Positions 1-7,403 of a stretch of DNA of 64,000 nt are shown here, in pieces. The position numbers and the translations under genes were made by a program. This stretch comes from Nitrosopumilus sp. (GTDB taxonomy: Archaea > Thermoproteota > Nitrososphaeria > Nitrososphaerales > Nitrosopumilaceae): contig OZ242186.1 of NCBI GenBank assembly GCA_965205675.1, positions 1,152,001 to 1,216,000 on the forward strand, in the 5' to 3' direction. Under the pieces are notes generated by a model. The model did no database searches. It saw nothing but the letters and a program-made list of their open reading frames with translations, and was not told the DNA's origin. The number at the start of each line of letters is the position of its first letter. Positions within the stretch are counted from its first letter, which is position 1.

Positions 1-1185
1 CATCATGTGATCGTCTTTCATCATTTTGTCCATCTTGGCATCAACTTCAACAAATGGGCAATTTACTACAAAACCAGCTAAACCAGTTTCAAGTTTGCCT
101 CTAGATGCTGCCTGAGTTATCTCCTCCACCGTCTTTAGAAAATCTGCGCTATCAGGATTATCCCATGTTGCAGTTTGAATTCTCCAGAGGGGGCTATAGA
201 ATTTGTCGCCAACAGTTGTTGAGCCAATACTTGCTTGGAATCCTAGTGGTCCATTACCTTCTAAACCATTTGTAAATACATACAAGTCTGAGGATGATGC
301 AGTAGATATTGTTTCTTGAATTCTAGGTACATGAATCACACCTAGTGCATCTGCAGTATCTTTTGAGGATGTATCAGTTGCAATGTAATAGATAGTATCA
401 CCGTTTGGTGCAAAACCTCTATGTGCAACAAATGTTACTTTCATATGATCAAGATCAATATTAAGTACTTGTCCTCCACCATATGGATCAGCGTCAGTTA
501 CGTAAGAATTATCTCGGAGTTGGAGTTGATCACCATCCCATTTTACAAATGGGCAGTTTACAATTACGCCAGCTTCTTCAACAGATAATTCCCCATCACT
601 TTGAGCTTTAAGGATATCCATTTCGGATTTTAATTCTCTTGGTTCTGAATCCTCATTCCATGTTACTGCATTTACATTCCATAATGGACTGTATTTGTCA
701 TCTCCTGGTTGTGAATCAGCAACTTGTGGTTGAAAACCAAAAGCTCCATTGCCTTCTACACCATTAGTAAAAGCATAGATTTGTGCAAGTGATTCTTCGG
801 GAGTGAATTCTAATGCAGGGGTGTAAGCAACTCGGAATCCTGTAAGATCAGTTAAATGATTAGCAACCTCTTCTACTGATGCTTCAGTAGAGATATAGAA
901 AACCTCTCCACCATTTACATATCCTTTGGTTAAAGGAATATCAATCGGTAAATTGATGTTAGGAAGTGTTGGTTGTTTTTTTGAACTAGTCATACTAGAT
1001 TGGGATTCAACTTCTGAGCATAATCGATCACCACATACAACGGAATTTGCAGATCCGTATTGAGCTAGACGATTTCCATCGCTTTTTAACGCTTCAGCAT
1101 TTGGAATCAATTCTACAGATGTTACAGTAGCAGATGTCATAAGAACAGTCATAATGAATAGGACTGAAATTGTTTTATTCGTCAT
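1..1185 (-). CDS. Secreted protein with two internal repeats (DUF7482-like); 3' end runs off the window; paralog of 57646..58884
   Basis: Not in ORF track. Manual translation of both ends: ATG at 1185 gives MTNKTISVLFIMTVLMTSATVTSVELIPNAEALKSDGNRLAQYGSANSVVCGDRLCSE...; the last codons in the window read VVNCPFVEVDAKMDKMMKDDHMM in the same frame. Two YSPLW...VNCPF repeats, as in the 57.6 kb ORF. Confidence 0.85.
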   Translation of the reverse strand, partial: MTNKTISVLFIMTVLMTSATVTSVELIPNAEALKSDGNRLAQYGSANSVVCGDRLCSEVESQSSMTSSKKQPTLPNINLPIDIPLTKGYVNGGEVFYISTEASVEEVANHLTDLTGFRVAYTPALEFTPEESLAQIYAFTNGVEGNGAFGFQPQVADSQPGDDKYSPLWNVNAVTWNEDSEPRELKSEMDILKAQSDGELSVEEAGVIVNCPFVKWDGDQLQLRDNSYVTDADPYGGGQVLNIDLDHMKVTFVAHRGFAPNGDTIYYIATDTSSKDTADALGVIHVPRIQETISTASSSDLYVFTNGLEGNGPLGFQASIGSTTVGDKFYSPLWRIQTATWDNPDSADFLKTVEEITQAASRGKLETGLAGFVVNCPFVEVDAKMDKMMKDDHMM

Positions 1186-1287
1186 TATGGAATAAAATAA
1201 CTTTAGATATTAAGTATGTTTTCCACTTTTCACCCTAATCTTTTGAGAAACAATTTTTGGGATAAAAATAGGCATAAAAATACAATT

Positions 1288-1626
1288 TTATAAATGAAAG
1301 ATTTGTTTCCTAGTTATCAAATTTAAGCTCAAATTACAGCCAAAAAAGATTGGGATTACAAATTTACAGTGTATATATACCTCAGAAAAAATATGATGGC
1401 TAACAATACATCTCACGTAACAAATGCCATATTTTGCATCTTGATTCAGAGATGATCTCCGAAGATGAATCCTGTATTGGACCAGGGCTTTGTTGGTCCT
1501 GTCATATTTGATGCGACCTCTGTACCCTTGGGTTTCTAGTTCTTGTTCGATATAGTTTTTTGCCAAGAGTAGTTTTTGATTTTGTGCATTTTTGATACTT
1601 GCACTTGTAATGTTTTGTTGAGCCAT
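1288..1626 (-). CDS. Hypothetical ORF, probably a fragment of a mobile-element gene
   Basis: ORF track 115 aa; plausible N-terminus MAQQNITS..., low-quality C-terminal half; lies next to a TA pair and the IS nest. Confidence 0.3.
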   Translation of the reverse strand: MAQQNITSASIKNAQNQKLLLAKNYIEQELETQGYRGRIKYDRTNKALVQYRIHLRRSSLNQDAKYGICYVRCIVSHHIFSEVYIHCKFVIPIFFGCNLSLNLITRKQIFHL

Positions 1627-1869
1627 TGGCGTCAACTCCTTTTATTCTGGCTGTAACGTCACCAGTAGTACGATTCCCGGCATGAGAGTTAGCTTGAGTT
1701 ACTCCCTTTTGGAAATAACTTGTTACAACTCTGTGGGAATAATTTCAAAAATCATTTTGATTTTCTTTGATATCATCTCATACCCATCTGCTGAGTCAGT
1801 CCTGAAATTACTTCAAGATAAAATGGGTTTGGATGAGTAGACTCAGTCAAAAAAATATTTGTTTGTTGC

Positions 1870-2139
1870 CTAGTCTTTGTTGTAGACTGATTTGTGGTCG
1901 CATACTCGCATCAAGTCTATTGTATTTTCAGAATATCTTATGTTGTATAGTATTCTGTATTTCCCTACATTGTATACAAATACTCGCATGTCTGGTTTGT
2001 ATATTCCTAAATCTGATAGATTCTTAGAATTTTCTAATTCTTGGATTGTCTGATTTATTCTTTGTTTGATTTGGGAATCAAGATGCGTGTATTGTTTTTT
2101 AAATTTTGTTTCTGCTTTGGTTTCCCATTGGGCAGCCAT
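1870..2139 (-). CDS. relE: Type II toxin, RelE/ParE family
   Basis: 89 aa; FKKQY..LD..IKQRI N-terminus, VGKYRILY motif, and DHKSVY C-terminus typical of RelE/StbE. Confidence 0.8.
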   Translation of the reverse strand: MAAQWETKAETKFKKQYTHLDSQIKQRINQTIQELENSKNLSDLGIYKPDMRVFVYNVGKYRILYNIRYSENTIDLMRVCDHKSVYNKD

Positions 2140-2141
2140 GC

Positions 2142-2384
2142 TTAATCATTGAGCCACTTGATGAACTCATCAGAAGTCTTGAATGTCTTCTTTCCATCAT
2201 CGCTGCTTCTAAACTCTATGATATCTAATACCTCTTCTGGAATTAGATCATCTTCATGCAGTGATTTTAGGTGTCCCTCAAAAGTATCTGATCTGTAGCT
2301 GCCTCGCTCAAAGTCTTTTCTGATTATCTCCAATTTGTCTTCTGGAAGATTATCAAAAGGATTCATAGTTTTTGTCTCAAACAT
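2142..2384 (-). CDS. Putative antitoxin paired with RelE
   Basis: 80-aa acidic ORF 2 nt upstream of relE; C-terminal KTFKTSDEFIKWLND resembles RelB/DinJ-type tails. Confidence 0.65.
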   Translation of the reverse strand: MFETKTMNPFDNLPEDKLEIIRKDFERGSYRSDTFEGHLKSLHEDDLIPEEVLDIIEFRSSDDGKKTFKTSDEFIKWLND

Positions 2385-2542
2385 GATTCTTGATGATGTC
2401 CTCTTGCTTTTTAAGATTGACCAATCTTTTCAAGTTTGTGAACTGTTTGCAGCACCTGCCCCTTTATGATACAGCCAACTGTATTTTCTGCTACAAGATT
2501 TGATTTCTGTATCAGTTGTGCATATGCGGGTGTGTCCTAAAA

Positions 2543-2853
2543 CTATCCTCTAACATGTTTTGTAACCTCCATCAAATTAACAACTCGTATGTTGTAACAA
2601 ATTACACGCAACGCCAACTCTTTTCTTTGAACCAGCTTGTTTTTTGATGACAAGCTATTTCCAAAGATTTCTTTGAGTACTGCAAATCCTGATTCAACAA
2701 GTGACCTCTTGTGACAATGTCTGTCAAATTCATCTTGATTGTCCTGGAATAATGTTATCATTTTTTTCCATGATGCAGAGCCTTTGGGATTTCTAACTGT
2801 GTTCTTCTTTGGTTTGATGTATGGTATCTTTTGCAGAGAGCGGGTTTCATTAA
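2543..2853 (-). pseudogene. C-terminal fragment of a DDE transposase (IS5/IS4-like), truncated at the ISH3 left end
   Basis: IPYIKPKKN...HKRSLVESGFAVLKEIFG...RVICYNI carries the YREK-like catalytic E motif; the N-terminus is replaced by the IS nest. Confidence 0.75.
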
Positions 2854-3485
2854 CAGTACTTGGTGCTGTGTTTCCCAACATGACTAGTTGATCCAATTAA
2901 TTTCATCACCCAAGCTTTAGATCAGAATATTCTGTATTATTCCATGAACAGAAACTGGAAAAATTACAACAAAACACTAGTTAGACGTGGAGAAATCATG
3001 TTGTCCTTTGACGCAATGGAATCATGGAGTATGGAACTAAAAGAGATGAATCACAAAAAGGAAGGTCATCGATTTGTCTATCCTGAATCCTTCATGGAGG
3101 CGCTAGGATACTGTCATCTCTATTTGCATCTTCCATTCAGACAAACAGAAGGTCTGATAAAATCACACCTCCAATCCAAAACAAAGACTCCCACATATTC
3201 TGCCATTTGGAAACGTGTCAACAAACTTGACATCAAGATGAATCCAAAACTAGGAAAAGACATTGTCATTGCAATAGACTCAACTGGAATCAAGGTTGCA
3301 GACAGAGGTGAGTGGATGAGACAGAAATGGCAGAAGAGAAGAGGATTTCTTAAAATTCATGTGGCAGTAGATGTGAAATCTAAACAGATCACAGGGATTG
3401 ATATAGTTTAGGCATATAAATTTTGAATAAACTGTCAAGTATTTTAACCCAAAAGATCTAGATCGTAGAATCAATTAATGAAACC

Positions 3486-4085
3486 ATGTCAAAGAGTACA
3501 AGACAATCCAAGGTTTCCTCTGGGAATCAATTCATGAAAGGTACAAGCATTAATTTTTTGAGAAAAGCATGCAAGAATGAAAAAAATGCAAAAGCAAAGA
3601 TAAGATTAAAGGCTGCAATACTAAGAAAACAAAATATTCCGTATTCTGTGATATGTGCAAGTCTGGATGTCATACCATCAACTCTGTCCTACTGGCTAAA
3701 TCGAATGGATGAAGAGGGAATATCTGCATCACGCCGCAAGAAATATTCTGGTTCTAGATGTTTTTTAAATGAAAAACAACTAGTATCATTAAGAAATGAT
3801 CTGATTTCAGGTCCTCAGAGATTTGGATTTAATCAATTCATGTGGAGTACAAGAATGGTAATTACACATGTGAATAAAAAATACAACACCCTATACTCTG
3901 CACGTGGAATGCGAGAATTGCTACACAGAATTGGATTTTCATCTAAAAAACCACGTCCCACACATCATAAATCAGCCTCAAAAGAGGAACAAACCCGTTT
4001 TAAAAAAACGCAAAAAGGAGTATCAAAAAATATTCCAAATTGGGACATATCACGCTATGTCTGGATGAGTCAACAAACAAGATAG
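3486..4085 (+). CDS. IS630 transposase OrfA (HTH part)
   Basis: HTH with WSTRMV...LLHRIGFSSKKPRP motif; slippery TTT AAA AAA AC at 3999-4009. Confidence 0.85.
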   Translation: MSKSTRQSKVSSGNQFMKGTSINFLRKACKNEKNAKAKIRLKAAILRKQNIPYSVICASLDVIPSTLSYWLNRMDEEGISASRRKKYSGSRCFLNEKQLVSLRNDLISGPQRFGFNQFMWSTRMVITHVNKKYNTLYSARGMRELLHRIGFSSKKPRPTHHKSASKEEQTRFKKTQKGVSKNIPNWDISRYVWMSQQTR

Positions 4086-4546
4086 CACCTAACATAAAGC
4101 GCGGATGGTATCTTGCAGAGAATAACATTACCACACCAATTAATTACACTCGAGAAAAATTTCAATCATTTGGTGCATTGGGGAATAACGGTGTATTTTT
4201 TTGCAAGTTCTATGATAAATCAAACACAGACTCATTTCTTGATTTCTTAAAATCCTTGCAGAAACAATTTGGTAAGAAACTGTTATTATTTGCAGACAAT
4301 GCATCATACCACAAAAGTGTCAGAGTAAAAGAATTTCTCAAAGCATCAAAAAGAAATGTAATCATAAGATATTTTCCTGCATACACTCCAGAACTCAATC
4401 CAATTGAGGTACAGTGGAGAGAAGAGAAAAATGGTAATGCCAATACATTCTTTGCAAATGGAACTGAGATGAGAAAACACATGCAGAAGAGACTAGATAA
4501 TGGAGACGTTCGAGTTGTGAAATTATTCAAATATTTAATGCCTTAA
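4040..4546 (+). CDS. IS630 transposase OrfB (DDE), fused to OrfA by a -1 frameshift
   Basis: LDES, DNASYH and PAYTPELNPIE motifs; the -1 frame is open from the A7 run at 4002-4008. Confidence 0.85.
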   Translation: MGHITLCLDESTNKIAPNIKRGWYLAENNITTPINYTREKFQSFGALGNNGVFFCKFYDKSNTDSFLDFLKSLQKQFGKKLLLFADNASYHKSVRVKEFLKASKRNVIIRYFPAYTPELNPIEVQWREEKNGNANTFFANGTEMRKHMQKRLDNGDVRVVKLFKYLMP

Positions 4547-5131
4547 CTATATTACAGATGACAAGTCACATGATTCAAAACATTTCATATCGCTAGTTGA
4601 GCAATCAAAACAGTTTGGCAATGTCACTAAAACTTTGGCTGATGGTGCATATGATACAAAGGATAATTTTTCATATCTGTATTATGATAATGATATTCTA
4701 CCTGCAATTAAAACAAGAAAAAACTCATCAGTTGTAACTGATTGTTATCCTCGGAGAAAGTCTGTTTTGGCACAATTGTATAACTTGGATCTATGGAAGC
4801 TCAGCGTAAGCTATGGGGATAGATGGATTGTAGAGGGAGCATTCTCTGTATTCAAAAGAATGTTTGGAGAGCATGTGACATCGCACAAGAGAGAAAACAT
4901 GATTCATGAATTGAAAATGAAAGTTTGTCTGTACAATAAAATGATTGCAATGCAATAGAATCAGAAATGATTTCAAAGCATCAAAGAGTGTTGATGGTTA
5001 TTTGGGGTTGGGAAACAAAGCAGTACTTGGGAAAGTAATCCAATTTAGATCACAAACTAACCATTATTTCATCAGTTAAACAACAAATTTGGATAGAAAA
5101 AGCTTGATGGAGGTGTGCTGCTCCATCAAAT

Positions 5132-5498
5132 ATGAATCATAATCTTGATTTTGCACACCTTAGAAATTCAACAACTCAAGCATTTGCAAATATTGCTAAA
5201 ATAATGTGCACAACATTGTCGTTTTCTACTTCACAGAAAAACAACGCACAATACAATTCAGAGGACATTCATCATTTCATCATGGAGTGTTGTCTTGGTA
5301 ACTGTTATTCTGAATCAACTACAAAGAAATTGAAGATAAAAACAGAATGCATCATTCCATCAGGCTCTTGGATTAGAAAGCAGATTGCAAAAATACCGCA
5401 AGAGAAAATGATTATTGCATTATCTGATGAAATTGATCAAACAATTACACACCTAAAGAATTTGGGAATGTTGAATCATCCAGTAACTGTTGCAATTG
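5132..5498 (+). pseudogene. ISH3 transposase N-terminal fragment
   Basis: ...IPSGSWIRKQI...PVTVAI, cut by the IS3 end at the codon expected for the first catalytic Asp. Confidence 0.8.
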
Positions 5499-5635
5499 TG
5501 GTCTGGTCCCCTCTAGAGTAGGACCGGTAGCATACATACACTTTTCAGATAACTTGGGAGGCTTACCCTCATGGTAAAGAGCAAATTCACATCAGCAGAA
5601 AAGTCAAGAGTGGTTTTAGAGTCACTAAACACAAA
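5499..5635 (+). mobile_element. Left-end fragment of the IS3 element (copy of 55187-55323)
   Basis: 137 bp matching the intact copy from TGGTCTGGTCCCCT to CACTAAACACAAA. Confidence 0.92.
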
Positions 5636-5679
5636 TCTATGTGAAATCTTTAAAAACATTTGCACTCTTTTGCAACACA

Positions 5680-5855
5680 TGAGAATGGCTACCGCTAGAG
5701 ATGATCCCATTCATTTTCAAAAGATGAAACCGGACACATATCTATTCGAGGATCTCCCTCAGTACCATTCTTCATCCATTTATCAGAACCATGCCGCAGT
5801 TACAAAACGAGGATCTCCCTCAATATGTTTAACGAGGATTATAGTTCTGATCATA
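5680..5855 (-). ncRNA. Candidate bridge/seek RNA of the IS1111-type element
   Basis: Two stem-closed loops (5782-5851, 5723-5776), each capped by the same 15-nt hairpin UGAGGGAGAUCCUCG; loop segments resemble the donor junction and target. Position downstream of tnp matches IS1111 seekRNAs. Folding done by eye only. Confidence 0.65.
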
Positions 5856-5863
5856 ATGTTTCA

Positions 5864-6973
5864 TTATGCATTTTTGATGCACTGGTAAAATGTCATGTTG
5901 TTTTTTAACATCCAGTAAATTATTCTCAACAGTTTGGATGCTGCTGCCACTGCAGCTTTTGATGTCCCCCTCTTTTTTGCAAGACGTTTGTAAAAATTTG
6001 TAATGGTGCTGTTTTTTGCATATCTTACATGAGAATGTACTGCCTCCACCAGAACCCAGCGTAACATGCTACTTCCTCTTCTTGTTATGGACCCATGGCG
6101 TATGGTGTCAGCTGAGTTTCTCACCGATGGTACAATTCCTGCATATGAACACAGTTTGTGAGAATCTGAAAATCTTTCGATATTGTCAATTTCAGAGGAT
6201 ATGGTTAATGCAGTAAATCTTCCAACACCAGGTATTGATTCTAAGAGTTGTGCATTAGAATCATGTTTTAGAGCATCCTTGATTCTCATGTCTGACTCTG
6301 CGATTCTATCATTGATTGATATTGTCATCTTGAGATATCCATCTATTCGATAGTCATCTAATCCCAACAGTTTGTGCACATATGAATCAGAAAATGCAGT
6401 TCCTGGTATCTTGATTGCATTTTGTAAGGTTATACTGTGAATCAAATTTTTCATCCTTGTCCTGTTGCGGACTAGTTTGGTTCTATATCTCACCAGTTGT
6501 CTTGTTTGCACGGTATCTTTTTCTGGTACATGACAAGATGAGATGTATCCTCCTCTTAGCAAATCTGCCAAGATGTGAGCATCAATCTTGTCAGTTTTTT
6601 TCTTTGATGCTGCAATTGCTTTTGTGTGATATGGGTTTGATAGTATTACATCAAATCCTAGTTCGTCTCGCAGAAACCTAAACACGCCATACCAGACAGA
6701 TGATGATTCCATTACACATTTTGAGTTTTTTGGGATTGCAGAAAATACTTTTTTGATATCCTCTCTGGTGTTTGTAATTTTTTCATTGAATAATGTATGT
6801 CCTTTATCATCCATTGTTTCGACCTGTAAGAATTCTTTGTGCAAATCAATTCCGACATAGGTCATGGGTTTTGTCTTTCTAGTCCTAATGATTTTCTTTG
6901 GTTTTTTCTTGGAGGTGTATCTTTTAGAAACTATAGAATCAGCAGTACCATCTAAATTTCGTTGTTTATTCAC
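5864..6973 (-). CDS. IS110/IS1111 recombinase (DEDD RuvC-like + Tnp domain); start is GTG 6973 or ATG 6865
   Basis: YVGIDLHK, VMESS, KKTDKIDA, SIPGVG, YAGIVPSVRNSA and AASKLLRIIYWMLK motifs. Confidence 0.93.
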   Translation of the reverse strand: MNKQRNLDGTADSIVSKRYTSKKKPKKIIRTRKTKPMTYVGIDLHKEFLQVETMDDKGHTLFNEKITNTREDIKKVFSAIPKNSKCVMESSSVWYGVFRFLRDELGFDVILSNPYHTKAIAASKKKTDKIDAHILADLLRGGYISSCHVPEKDTVQTRQLVRYRTKLVRNRTRMKNLIHSITLQNAIKIPGTAFSDSYVHKLLGLDDYRIDGYLKMTISINDRIAESDMRIKDALKHDSNAQLLESIPGVGRFTALTISSEIDNIERFSDSHKLCSYAGIVPSVRNSADTIRHGSITRRGSSMLRWVLVEAVHSHVRYAKNSTITNFYKRLAKKRGTSKAAVAAASKLLRIIYWMLKNNMTFYQCIKNA

Positions 6974-6982
6974 ATATGGTTA

Positions 6983-7325
6983 CTTTGCAACAAATATCAA
7001 AAGAGCAGAGATATCCCAAGACATTTGGCAAATCCAGGACCAGTATCGCAGAAGGTGGGGAATAGAGACAGGTTATGCATGTGTGGAAAAGTTCAGACCA
7101 AGGACATGCAGTGTTAATCCGACTGTCAGGTTTTTGTATTTTTTCTATCCTTTGATTTTGTTTAATGCATGGGTTATTGCAAATTGTACGTTGAAGAATA
7201 TTTGTTCTATCAATCACACAAATCCAATAATTACAATTGAGATCCTCAAGTGCATCTTTGGAATTATTATTGTGGGTTTCTTTAGAAGAATAAAATCCCA
7301 ATACTATTTGGAAGATGTCAGGTAG
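6983..7325 (+). pseudogene. ISH3 transposase C-terminal fragment
   Basis: FATNI...YRRRWGIETGY...RFLYFFYPLILFNAW, the IS4/ISH3 YREK signature. Confidence 0.85.
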
Positions 7326-7403
7326 TTACTTTCCCAAGTACTGTAGACAGATACAAACAAGCCCATTTTTATTTCATGTAAAAAATTAACAAGTGAAAAT
7401 AAG

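Larger units (their letters stand above)
3404..4549 (+). mobile_element. IS630-family element, two-ORF frameshift type
   Basis: TA duplication at 3402-3403 and 4550-4551; imperfect ~27-bp IRs TAGTTTAGGCATATAAATTTTGAATAA / TAGTTAAGGCATTAAATATTTGAATAA. Confidence 0.92.
2944..4958 (+). pseudogene. IS5-family transposase split by IS630 (2944-3403 + 4552-4958)
   Basis: NWKNYNKTLVRRG, IDSTG, LADGAYDT and RWIVEGAF motifs; removing the IS630 and one TA restores an 867-nt frame (...GIDITDDKSHD...). Confidence 0.9.
2864..5021 (+). mobile_element. IS5-family (IS903-like) element interrupted by an IS630
   Basis: Terminal IRs GCTGTGTTTCCCAAC (2865-2879) and GTTGGGAAACAAAGC (5007-5021); direct repeat AGTACTTGG at 2855-2863 and 5022-5030. 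Confidence 0.9.
5636..6981 (-). mobile_element. IS110-family element of the IS1111 type
   Basis: DEDD transposase; 8-bp sub-terminal IR TATGTGAA (5638-5645) / TTCACATA (6969-6976), 2 and 5 nt inside the inferred ends; 228-bp non-coding region downstream of the gene; no target duplication beyond one shared A (5635/6982). Confidence 0.85.
5021..7343 (+). mobile_element. ISH3-family element, internally disrupted and deleted
   Basis: Perfect 18-bp IRs CAGTACTTGGGAAAGTAA (5021-5038) and TTACTTTCCCAAGTACTG (7326-7343); CAG termini are typical of ISH3. Confidence 0.85.

Noticed and set aside
5747-5822. Two 15-bp direct repeats 61 bp apart as a mini-CRISPR
   Set aside because: Too short, only two copies, and located inside an IS110 non-coding end; better explained as RNA hairpin modules.
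5513-5888. Track ORFs 5513-5710 and 5571-5888
   Set aside because: They are chimeric read-throughs across the IS3/IS1111 junction and the non-coding end.
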